The position numbers were made by a program, and so were the translations under genes. A DNA stretch of 63,982 bases, filler included, from Sanchytrium tribonematis (Eukaryota): assembly GCA_018985235.1 (NCBI GenBank). It is 9 parts of 9 records of this genome, joined end to end, with 100 filler letters (N's around TTAATTAATTAA, not from the genome) between each part and the next. Parts side by side here need not be neighbours in the genome. Positions count along the whole stretch, not along the records: positions 43,135 to 50,183 come from JADGIG010000467.1; positions 50,284 to 57,325 come from JADGIG010000468.1; 7 more parts are not named here. One strand, given 5' to 3'. Positions 43,637 to 52,979 of this stretch are shown in pieces; within the stretch, counting starts at the first letter, position 1, and each line of letters starts with the position of its first letter. The notes under the pieces were generated by a model, which ran no database searches, was not told the DNA's origin, and worked only from the letters and a program-made list of their open reading frames with translations.

Positions 43637-44842
43637 TTACTGGGAGAATATACAAACTGTATCTGTTATTTTAAATACGTTGTCTGTTTCTTCAAAAAAT
43701 ATTCCCAAGTGTAAGTTTTTCTTAATCTCTTTGAAATCATTTAAAAGCAATATGGGATTTGGGGAGTTTCGATTCCTTTCAGGGCGAGGAACATGGCCAA
43801 AAAATAAGCTTGCATGTTCGTAACTCAATTCTAGAAAATATTGCAAATTGTCTTCTTCCACAACCAATTTGAATTGATAGCTATATTTGAACCCATTATC
43901 AGTATGTTCACAATTTTGGCAATTGTTGCTGACATCTAGATTGTTCCAAGCTAGGCAATTGTAACAATAAATGTATATGGAACTTAGTAGCAATTTGGGG
44001 TAGAAATTAATCAAGTTGACATTGACTTTATAATAGCCTGTCCGTTTTATATCTTTCAATTTGCTCAATTCAGTTATTTTTGTATATGTGATACTTGAGC
44101 CATACCAGGCTACTTTCCTTTTTAAGAACGAGCTAAACTTTTCACTATCTCTGTTCAAAAGCGAGATTTTTGACCTGGGAGCTCTTAATGCACCTTCGAG
44201 AACACCATCATTGTCTAATTTAGTTTTTAAATTTTCAATCAAAACCACATCTCCACATTTCAACTTTTCAATTTCCACTATCATTTCATCCCAACAGACG
44301 ACATTCATGATAGAATACCGCATGCTATCAAAAGCACTTTCATAGACCGCCATACTATCATTTGTTGTATAGTCGGCAACAATAATTACACATCTACTTC
44401 TAGTCATTATATCTTTTGATTTTATTTGCACAATAATATCGTAATATTCAATAGAATATAGTTCGGTAAAAGTGGATAATGATTTTTGAAGTTTCTCGAC
44501 ATTATATGTACCATATAGACGATTTGATAGCTCAATTAAAGGCCTAAGTATCACATCAGAAGATTGAAAATTTGGATGCATTTTGATTTCTTGAGCCTTG
44601 ATTTGCTTTTGGCCACGGAAAATTTGATAAAGTCCTTCAACGTATACGATATCTCCATTTTCAACGTTCGGCATGTTTTCAAGTTTTGAAAAGTATAGCA
44701 CTAACAGTCCGTTTTCAATTGTGTCGTCCAATATAAAAATCATGAGCATGTATTGTCCTGCTGCCTTTTTAGGTTGCCTATTAAAAGACACTACTCCGCA
44801 CACTTCTACTTTACCGGGGGCAATTGCATTTAATGGAAGCAT
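43637..44842 (-). CDS. POT1: Protection of telomeres 1-like OB-fold protein
   Basis: VCGVV..ILDDT..MPNV.NGDIV (OB1), YDIIVQI..VADYT.N..VCWD..GDVV.IEN (OB2) and a C-terminal CxxC..CxxC OB. Confidence 0.75.
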   Translation of the reverse strand: MLPLNAIAPGKVEVCGVVSFNRQPKKAAGQYMLMIFILDDTIENGLLVLYFSKLENMPNVENGDIVYVEGLYQIFRGQKQIKAQEIKMHPNFQSSDVILRPLIELSNRLYGTYNVEKLQKSLSTFTELYSIEYYDIIVQIKSKDIMTRSRCVIIVADYTTNDSMAVYESAFDSMRYSIMNVVCWDEMIVEIEKLKCGDVVLIENLKTKLDNDGVLEGALRAPRSKISLLNRDSEKFSSFLKRKVAWYGSSITYTKITELSKLKDIKRTGYYKVNVNLINFYPKLLLSSIYIYCYNCLAWNNLDVSNNCQNCEHTDNGFKYSYQFKLVVEEDNLQYFLELSYEHASLFFGHVPRPERNRNSPNPILLLNDFKEIKKNLHLGIFFEETDNVFKITDTVCIFSQ

Positions 44843-44868
44843 AGTCGGAGGGCTTAGAATAATTTCGT

Positions 44869-45450
44869 ATGAAACTTGTAATATTCTCGAAATCTTTTGA
44901 TATTGAATTTATGGGAACAAAAAGTGCTTGCCTTCGCGTTCTTGAATCAAAATCCATAGATGGAGAAGGCGTGTGGGTAAGAAAAGGTGTAGTATTATTA
45001 GAAGATGATATTATTTTCGAAAATGACGTGATATATTTGATTCCAAAAAAAAGTAGAAACGATTCGGCATTTATAGAGGAGCCTCTTAAAGATAATATTC
45101 GAACACCCGTAAGAAATTTGGAAAACAGACCTCCGAGACAGGCAAATAGACAATTTTTAAGCTTCGGTTTTCGATTAATCTTGGCCATATGGATTTTTTT
45201 ACATTCGTGGGATGACGCCTTTTTCTATTTTATATCAGGCACGTTAGCTTATATTATATACAACTACTCCAATCTTTCCATTTCAATTGGCCAGCCAACT
45301 GGTCGACTTTCTTCAGTCTATAACATCATTTTAAGTTTTATCGGAACACTGATTCCAGGGCTCATGGAAATAGATCCAGCTAGATTATTAATGCAGATGC
45401 AGAATGCACAAATGGAAGCCAATAGAATTGAGATTGCGAATCAACAATAA
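44869..45450 (+). CDS. ER membrane protein, possibly HERP-like (Ubl + TMs)
   Basis: N-terminal Ubl-like region (KGVVLLEDD), TM segments and SFIGTLIP. Confidence 0.4.
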   Translation: MKLVIFSKSFDIEFMGTKSACLRVLESKSIDGEGVWVRKGVVLLEDDIIFENDVIYLIPKKSRNDSAFIEEPLKDNIRTPVRNLENRPPRQANRQFLSFGFRLILAIWIFLHSWDDAFFYFISGTLAYIIYNYSNLSISIGQPTGRLSSVYNIILSFIGTLIPGLMEIDPARLLMQMQNAQMEANRIEIANQQ

Positions 45451-45503
45451 ATTTATGCTTACAATTTACTGCGAAATTAAAATATTAGAAACTAGGGAGA
45501 TTC

Positions 45504-45884
45504 ATGGAAAATTACTCTTGCGTCAAACATGAATCAACAGCAGAAAAAGAAAAAAATTGTATCAAAATCCAAACCGGATCCAAAATGAAAATGGTTATTG
45601 AAAAGGGTGAACAATATCTTGAGAAAAACGGCAATTTAAAATTAGTAGCATCAGGAAAAGCCATCAATAAGCTAGTGAGTGTCGCGGAAATTATCAAAAG
45701 AAAATCTGTGCTGTACCAGTACAATCATCTATCATCGTACGTGGTGACAGATACTTGGGAAGCTCAGTCCCCTTTAGATTTAATAAAGGTAGAGCAACAT
45801 AATCCAGTTTTCACAATAATATTGAGCAAAGAGAGAATTTTAGAAATGGCTGATTATACAGAACAATTGGCAGAGAATCTTTAA
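45504..45884 (+). CDS. Alba-domain protein (Rpp25-like)
   Basis: ASGKAINKLVSVAEIIKR..LYQYN..IILSK. Confidence 0.85.
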   Translation: MENYSCVKHESTAEKEKNCIKIQTGSKMKMVIEKGEQYLEKNGNLKLVASGKAINKLVSVAEIIKRKSVLYQYNHLSSYVVTDTWEAQSPLDLIKVEQHNPVFTIILSKERILEMADYTEQLAENL

Positions 45885-45939
45885 TCAAATTAACATAATT
45901 ATAATAACTGTTTTACTGAATAAATATTTGTTACAAAGG

Positions 45940-46725
45940 ATGCTCACTCGCATTTGCAGAGAATTACAATTACGAACATTGCAAAAAATCATAGCAAAAT
46001 TTCCAGAGGAACCTAGATTTGACGAGTATAAAGAGATACAGAACATTTATTCTTCGCAAAGTTGGCCCTCCAAGTCGGAAATTTCAAAATTAAGAATAAA
46101 CAAAGACTTAATTGTTGACCTAGAAATGAAAGGACTGTACAAATCCAGTGCTGTGTGTAGATTTTATAGCCACGATATCGTCGATCAGGCTAAACTTGTT
46201 GAGACTGGGTATGTTTGGAATGTTCTTGATTCAATTGATATTAAAGATTGTCTTCCAGATCTTGTCAAAAATCAAACCAACAAATTTTGCTCTTATGTGC
46301 TTGGATGTATGCTGGTTCATAAGAAAACAGAGGCAGCTTTAGAAAAGCTTGAGTTTGCTGCGGATGAAGTTCCCAAAGCTAGGTCGCTGTATTTCCAAAC
46401 TCTATTCAATTTGAATCCACAAAAAGCTAAGCCATTAATTTTGAAATTTTTGGATAAAACTTCGGTCTGGACAGCAGAAGATCGATTTTACCATTACATT
46501 GTGGTGGAAAATGAAGATTTGAGTCTAAAGTCACTTGTAACTGCTGCAGAAATGGGCCTTATGGAAGCTCAGTACAATCTAGGATGCTTGTATTTGGAAG
46601 GAAAGCTTAATGGTGGAGTTAAACAGGCTCAAAGTTGGTTTTATTTGGCGGCTATACAAGGCTATAAGCCTGCAAAACATAATTTGGAGAAATATTTGGT
46701 GGGATTCTCAAATGTACATAAATAA
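45940..46725 (+). CDS. Sel1-like repeat protein
   Basis: AAEMGLMEAQYNLGCLY..WFYLAAIQGY. Confidence 0.75.
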   Translation: MLTRICRELQLRTLQKIIAKFPEEPRFDEYKEIQNIYSSQSWPSKSEISKLRINKDLIVDLEMKGLYKSSAVCRFYSHDIVDQAKLVETGYVWNVLDSIDIKDCLPDLVKNQTNKFCSYVLGCMLVHKKTEAALEKLEFAADEVPKARSLYFQTLFNLNPQKAKPLILKFLDKTSVWTAEDRFYHYIVVENEDLSLKSLVTAAEMGLMEAQYNLGCLYLEGKLNGGVKQAQSWFYLAAIQGYKPAKHNLEKYLVGFSNVHK

Positions 46726-46804
46726 CAGGTTGCTGCGCTGGGTAATTTGATTTATATAATTTATTATCGAGAAAATGAGGAGAGGTTGAAACTTTAACTG
46801 CAAA

Positions 46805-47377
46805 ATGAAAAGTCAAATTTTAAAAGAGGCCATGAAAATTATTCCCGAGCACGGATTCAGCTTAGACACGCTTCAAAAAGCGATTCTCAATCTCAATATT
46901 TCTACTGGCATAATTGGACGAGTACAACCAATTGACCTGGTAGTTTATCATCAAAAAAACCTAATCTCTCATTTGAAAGAGCATGATGGTTCATTTTACG
47001 AAAAAGTTTCTTCAAAGTTTAGGAGTCGCTCTGATTTAATGAAGCCCTATTCAAAACACTGGATTGAAGCAACTAAAATACTTGCTCAACATCCTAAAGA
47101 AGCTTCCCAGATACTGCAAGAACAATGTCACGCAATTCTTTACGCCTCTGGTGATCAAAGTGTTGATCTTAATTGGTATTTAAGATATGGTTGTCTAAGC
47201 CAATTTATAGTTGCATCTGATTTATATCTGACTCAAGACAAAACTGATGAATATAAAGCAACTGATAAATTGAATACAGACCTTATGAGAAGGTTTTTTG
47301 AATTAGACAGAACGTCATCTAAAATTTATCTCAAGTCGAGAATGGCGTTTGACTCTATTTCTAAATTTTTATTCTAA
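46805..47377 (+). CDS. COQ9: Ubiquinone biosynthesis protein COQ9
   Basis: IPEHGFS, SGDQSVDLNWY and LYLTQDKT. Confidence 0.85.
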   Translation: MKSQILKEAMKIIPEHGFSLDTLQKAILNLNISTGIIGRVQPIDLVVYHQKNLISHLKEHDGSFYEKVSSKFRSRSDLMKPYSKHWIEATKILAQHPKEASQILQEQCHAILYASGDQSVDLNWYLRYGCLSQFIVASDLYLTQDKTDEYKATDKLNTDLMRRFFELDRTSSKIYLKSRMAFDSISKFLF

Positions 47378-47382
47378 TTTGT

Positions 47383-48363
47383 TTAAGCTATAAAACTTAA
47401 AATTATTTTAATAAATTTGTTGGTTTCTACAAGGAAGGCATCATGACCAAGGTCTGTTTCTATGTTAAAATGACCGGATTTAAAATGAGAGGAATATTTC
47501 TGGCTCGCTTCAACATGATGTGGAGGAAATAAAATATCCGACGAAAAAGAAATAGATAAAATCGGAAGGCTAAGATTTCCCGTCAAACTAAATTCGTCCA
47601 TGTTTTTTAGCAAATTCAAATACTCTTGTTTCTTGAACCTGGATGTGAATTTAAATGCTTGATAATGTATATATGAAATTGAAGAATAGGATAATGAATG
47701 CGGGGAAGTCAAATAATCACTAGATGGTGTCTCTAGTGGCACTTCTTGGCAGCTGTCCTCACACGCTGATTCTATGTCTTCTTTACAACACAGATCTACA
47801 GGACTTCCCTCTTGTGAAATTTTGTGTAGTCTATTCTGACAAATGCTTTTTTGAAATTTATCGAAAGCTTGCGGCGATCTATATGACAGCATGGCAATCA
47901 TCCTGGCTAATGCTAAACCATTTGGTAAAAATAGCGCTTGTCTTTGCACCTCATTCCAGCACAGAAGCCAGTCACTCGCACAAGGTGCACTTGCAAGCAC
48001 CACACAATTTTCAACATAAGCAGAATAATTTTGTGAAAATTGTAGTGAATAAAACCCTCCTAAACTTCCACCAATAGTTGCTGTTATTTTTGGGATGCTA
48101 AGAATCTTAAGGGCCTCATAGATAATATGACATTCTTGACTAATGTCATAATTACACTGAATAGTATTGTAAGGTGAGCTTGGGAGTGTAAAGCAAATGC
48201 AGCAAAAACCTGGTAAATTTTTTGGAAGATCCCACCACTCATTCACTTCACAATTGCCAGTCAATGCATGGAATATTAAAATAAATTTATCATTAGCAGA
48301 AATCTCTCTTGATGTCCAATAATTTAACGTTAGTTTATGATTTGGTATGAATACTTGTTTCAT
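47383..48363 (-). CDS. MET2: Homoserine O-acetyltransferase
   Basis: HALTG, GGSLGG, GLALARMIAMLSYRS, SDILFP and GHDAFLVE. Confidence 0.9.
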   Translation of the reverse strand: MKQVFIPNHKLTLNYWTSREISANDKFILIFHALTGNCEVNEWWDLPKNLPGFCCICFTLPSSPYNTIQCNYDISQECHIIYEALKILSIPKITATIGGSLGGFYSLQFSQNYSAYVENCVVLASAPCASDWLLCWNEVQRQALFLPNGLALARMIAMLSYRSPQAFDKFQKSICQNRLHKISQEGSPVDLCCKEDIESACEDSCQEVPLETPSSDYLTSPHSLSYSSISYIHYQAFKFTSRFKKQEYLNLLKNMDEFSLTGNLSLPILSISFSSDILFPPHHVEASQKYSSHFKSGHFNIETDLGHDAFLVETNKFIKIILSFIA

Positions 48364-48515
48364 ATTTTGGTACCATTCACCTTCTGATGAGGCACAGCCC
48401 AACTATGAAAAATTGTGAGATATTTACAGTTTAAATTCTTATGAGTGGAAATCGCTGAATCTCTAGCGCTAATTTTCATTTTAAGATGAAATTATTGGAA
48501 TTGTGGCAAATTTAA

Positions 48516-49520
48516 ATGTTTCATCTACTTGCATTATTAGGTTTGATAGCAAGTACCTACATTTCTTCAACAGATGTTGTTGATACGGTGGTTAGGACTC
48601 TGCTGCAGCATTCAGTTATATATATCTTCATTGCTTATATCCACAAACATTTAAGATTTCTGCCAACATTTTATTTAATTATACTTTGGCCTTTATTTAC
48701 CTTCCTGTACTTGTTAGATCATGTCCTACCAGTCCTACAAATGATCGTTCCGTCACTGTTTTTTATATATAACTTGTGTATTTTATTTTTAGGACTCTGC
48801 TTTTGGCGCATTATTGAAATTAACTCCACTAGTAATTTGAGAAAAATATTTCATTTGATGTGTCTTGCTCTATTCATATTCGACTATTATTTTATCAAGT
48901 TCTTTATTCTCTCAATTACCATTGTTTACTACTTAATGCTGATCCTGGAGTTTACGCGATACAGTGCTATTGTCATTCCTAGCAATACTCATTTGAGGTG
49001 GCTGCGATCATATTCTTTGAATTTTTCAAACGATTTAAAAAGTATTTTGTATGCTCACGAGCAAAATTCGTTGATTTCTAGTCACATGGAACTTTTGGTT
49101 GGTTGTGGAATTGGATTTTACATTGAATATTTGTTTTACTTTCCTTTGCATTACCCTCTTGCACACGCGGGTCTGGCGTGTATTGGAGTGGGTGATAGCT
49201 GTGCAAGCTGGTTTGGTCAATACTCATTTAAACTTTTAAATACTCATCTACATTCCAAGTATCAAAATAAGTTATACTGGCCATATTCTAAAAAGACCAT
49301 TTTGGGGAGCTGTGCTTTTTTCTTCAGTACACTTTTTGCTCAGTGGTTGATTTCAAGTATGATGGGTATTTATAATATTAATTGGGCGATATTTATAGTT
49401 TCAACATTTCTTGCTACAATCATGGAAATCTATACAAAACACGATAACATTTTATCGCCTTTAATATTTTATAGCTCTTATCATTCTGTTATATCACTTA
49501 ATGAATTTATTAATTTGTAA
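48516..49520 (+). CDS. SEC59: Dolichol kinase (CTP-transferase family)
   Basis: RKIFH, SHMELLVGC, GVGDSCASWFG, WPYSKKTILGS and HDN. Confidence 0.82.
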   Translation: MFHLLALLGLIASTYISSTDVVDTVVRTLLQHSVIYIFIAYIHKHLRFLPTFYLIILWPLFTFLYLLDHVLPVLQMIVPSLFFIYNLCILFLGLCFWRIIEINSTSNLRKIFHLMCLALFIFDYYFIKFFILSITIVYYLMLILEFTRYSAIVIPSNTHLRWLRSYSLNFSNDLKSILYAHEQNSLISSHMELLVGCGIGFYIEYLFYFPLHYPLAHAGLACIGVGDSCASWFGQYSFKLLNTHLHSKYQNKLYWPYSKKTILGSCAFFFSTLFAQWLISSMMGIYNINWAIFIVSTFLATIMEIYTKHDNILSPLIFYSSYHSVISLNEFINL

Positions 49521-50183
49521 AAGAAGATGGAATTGTTTGAACTTGGACTGGTTGGGCCAATGGCGTATATTTAATATTCAACTCTTTAGCAAGTTCCCTT
49601 ATTTTGTTGAATGCGCGTATGCGTCGTTGACCTTTCAATCCTGTATTTTGCCAATTTCCACGACATTCGTACCAAAAATTAAGGTCCATCCTATGGTTAT
49701 CAACCAAGGAAGCATAATCCATTCCACAAGGTCCAGTATAATCGACGCTATTTTCCTTGAAAAACTGACACATTTTATCATTCAATTGACTCAACTGAGT
49801 CTCTTGTATGTCATATGGCACCACAATACTGACACAATCCCACATATTGCCGGCTCTTCTAAAGTTGTAAATTGGTCTATTGAGAAGCCAGGTATTAGGT
49901 ATATAGGTAACTGTTCCGTCTCCTTTCGTAAGCGCAGTAGACAAGATAAAGACATCCTGCACAAAATAACTTTCATTTTCAACCAAAATACGATCACCAC
50001 AGTCGTATGGACTAAGTTAATAACTTATACTGTTGTACAAATACAAATATTAAGCATTCAAACAAATTTTTGGCGGAATTTCCAAACATAAAAACATAAG
50101 CCAACGCAGTAGAAGATAAAAGAATAAGTATACTTTGGATATTAAAATTAAAAACAATAAGCCAACTAAAACAAATCATTATC
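49510..50183 (-). CDS. MscS-like mechanosensitive channel, 3' part; 19-nt intron at 50012-50030
   Basis: Splicing restores FVFVQHPYDCGDR; YIPN..IYNFRRA follows. Confidence 0.88.
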
Positions 50184-50283
50184 NNNNNNNNNNNNNNNNN
50201 NNNNNNNNNNNNNNNNNNNNNNNNNNNTTAATTAATTAANNNNNNNNNNNNNNNNNNNNNNNNNNNNNNNNNNNNNNNNNNNN

Positions 50284-51188
50284 AAATACAATTTTTCATT
50301 CGATAGTTTCGACAGTTTAAAAAGAAAATGTGAGCATTCATCCTCAGTCTTGGCAAAAAGAAAGAAAGAACCACCGAGTCTTATTGCAGCAATATCGGGG
50401 CAAATTTCAACGAGTAAGGCATCGATTTTGATTAATAATAATTCTGAAAAGTATGGATTTACAAGTCCATCCTTAGCGCCCTCCCTGCACCTTTGCGTTC
50501 CAATTTCTAAGTGTTGTGGCCATATTTCATTACTCAATTCTCTTCCTAGTTCTGCCAAAATATTTCTATTCAAGAATAAAGTATCCTGAAAATTTCTCAT
50601 TTCCGCATGGAAAATGAATTTCACATCAGAAATCTTTGAAAAATTTATAAATTCCTGTAAAACTCTGCTTTTATTAGCATATCTACTAAATCCAAAATAA
50701 TTACAGTTGTAAATTTTTTCAAAAGCTTTGTGAAGAAAACAATCAAAAATGAGGGGCGTATCCTCAGTATTTGTTTTTACATATTCCTTTAATTTAAATT
50801 CAGATACGTTTCCAAGTCCTCGAGCAATTTCTGACTCGACTTTGATTTTATGAGAATCTCTTGAAATATGGGGAAGATGACATTGAAATACTTGCAAAGA
50901 GTCAGTAAAATGTCCCTTTTTCATTTCAGGATGAAGGACATTGATAAGGCTATATTCAAAGCGACTTTTGACATCAAAATAAACGGGTACTTTTAGTAAT
51001 CTTGAAAATTTTGCAAATCCAATTTCATTTTGAAAATCAACGGGAAAATTTTGAGGAAACCGCTGCAAATCACATTTAACATTTTCTACCACCTCGAGCA
51101 CACTATCCTCGTTCAATATCATGAAACGGCTTTCAAGGAGTGTAGTCAGAGATTTATGGATGTCATTAAATAAATCAAATAATTTCAC
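50284..51188 (-). CDS. Hypothetical protein with possible catalytically inactive RT-like domain (3' truncated)
   Basis: Ordered motif echoes FHAEMRNFQDTL / GLVNPYFSELLLIKID / IRLGGSFFLF. Confidence 0.35.
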
Positions 51189-51465
51189 AGTTTACACAAA
51201 GCCTTGCATTGGATCAAACTGTTTTCCATGTCCAATGATATAATTTGTATTAATCACTAGTAAAGTATCCTTGTTGAATCGTTTTTGGCCACGTAAAAAC
51301 ATAAAAGATTTCATTCTATAAATTTGCTACATTGTGATGTGGAATGGTTTTGGAACGACTTTGAATTTGCTATCGCGATGCAAACATAATGGTACAACCG
51401 TTTTTTTAATTTAGAACTCGTAAAATAATTTTGTAAAATTGCACCAACCCCTTTGTACACAAACA

Positions 51466-52890
51466 ATGGATCCATTCAACCGAATGAATGATACACTAAG
51501 AGGATTCATGACGGCCACCATAGAAGCGCAAGAGAAGATATCAGAGTTGTCTAAATTATTAATTACTTTACAATCAAATATCCAAAAAGAATTAAATTTT
51601 ATGTATCAAAATTCTGATCCGCATCCGATTGCGTATATCGAAGCAAAGTCAGAACCTAACATTTATACGCAGGAAACCAAAATTCTTCCAAAATCAGTGA
51701 AAAGAAAATCAGAAATTCCATTACAACGAAATTCAAAAAAATCCTCTAGTCCTATGGAAAGTCAAGAAAGCACTGATTTCGACAAGCCTTCTCAAATCGT
51801 ATTTGAAAGTCAACCACTGATCTTTTCAAAGTCCAAGTCCCAAACTAGTCATCCACCACTATTTTCGCATCCTAAATCATTCAAAAATCCTTTCTCGTTT
51901 ATAAGCGCAACCTCTCAAGTATTTGATAAAATGCCTTGTGGTCTGATTGTCAATGATGATTGTTTTATGACAGCAGATCGTGAAGGTATCGTTAAATTTT
52001 GGGACTTTCATTCTTTGTCAAAAAACCAAGTAACTGAATCAAAATATATAAATTTAAGAGAAAAGCTGCGATATGGTGACCAGTTCTGTATAATTAATAA
52101 CATTGGTGGTAGGGATTATTTATTGGCTATTGCGCCTAAAGGGAATATAATCAAAGTAGGCGAGCCTGCATATTTTCAGTCCAGTTTAATATCAATCCCA
52201 AATGCAAGATATCAAGACCCAAAAATTTCGGATATAATGATTGATCTGCCTGACGAAGTTCAATGCATAATAGGAGGTGAAAGGTTGCCTTATTGTTCTT
52301 CAATTATCACTGCTAGCAAACAAAAAAACGTTGTGCTTCAGACAATTTCAGGCAACCTCAAAGTTGCAAAAAGACATCCCCTGCATCAATGTCATACTTC
52401 CACGATTAATTCAATGCTTGGATCTAGTGATAAAGTTTTCTCTGCTGGCTCTGATAATCGTATCGTTATTTACGATTTGAGTAAGGAAATGATCATTTGT
52501 AATGTAAAGAATCCCCCCAAAGCAAGGCCAATCAACCAGATCGAATTTATGCCATCATCCACCAATTTAATTGTTCGCTTTTCCGACAATGAAAATCAAC
52601 TAGGATTTTTTGATAGTCGATTAAATAGCGTTGTAGCTCAATTTGGATTCAGTTCTCATAATGCTTTATCTTCAAATACAAATTTCGCAATATCAAAAAG
52701 TTACTGTTTCTTGTCCGATTCCAACGGATATATGCACACATTCGATATTCGAAATTTGCAATCCGAGGTACCTACTTTTGCCAACGATTTTGGGCAAAAA
52801 AGAATCGACCAGATAGGTGTCTACCAGGACACTCTCATCACACTTGGTCTGGACAGAACCATCAAACTAAATAAAATAAATAATTTTTGA
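51466..52890 (+). CDS. Coiled-coil + WD40-repeat protein
   Basis: TADREGIVKFWD, SAGSDNRIVIYD and TLGLDRTIK. Confidence 0.8.
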   Translation: MDPFNRMNDTLRGFMTATIEAQEKISELSKLLITLQSNIQKELNFMYQNSDPHPIAYIEAKSEPNIYTQETKILPKSVKRKSEIPLQRNSKKSSSPMESQESTDFDKPSQIVFESQPLIFSKSKSQTSHPPLFSHPKSFKNPFSFISATSQVFDKMPCGLIVNDDCFMTADREGIVKFWDFHSLSKNQVTESKYINLREKLRYGDQFCIINNIGGRDYLLAIAPKGNIIKVGEPAYFQSSLISIPNARYQDPKISDIMIDLPDEVQCIIGGERLPYCSSIITASKQKNVVLQTISGNLKVAKRHPLHQCHTSTINSMLGSSDKVFSAGSDNRIVIYDLSKEMIICNVKNPPKARPINQIEFMPSSTNLIVRFSDNENQLGFFDSRLNSVVAQFGFSSHNALSSNTNFAISKSYCFLSDSNGYMHTFDIRNLQSEVPTFANDFGQKRIDQIGVYQDTLITLGLDRTIKLNKINNF

Positions 52891-52979
52891 TTATCGTTGA
52901 GCGACGTGCCAAGGTACCGTCAATTTTATGTCACGTGTCAGTATATAACTTCCTACGTCCCAAACTTTACTTTTCGAAG

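Noticed and set aside
51465..51476. Palindrome AATGGATCCATT giving ATG GAT CCA starts on both strands
   Set aside because: The minus-strand frame closes after about 54 codons with no recognisable product; probably chance.
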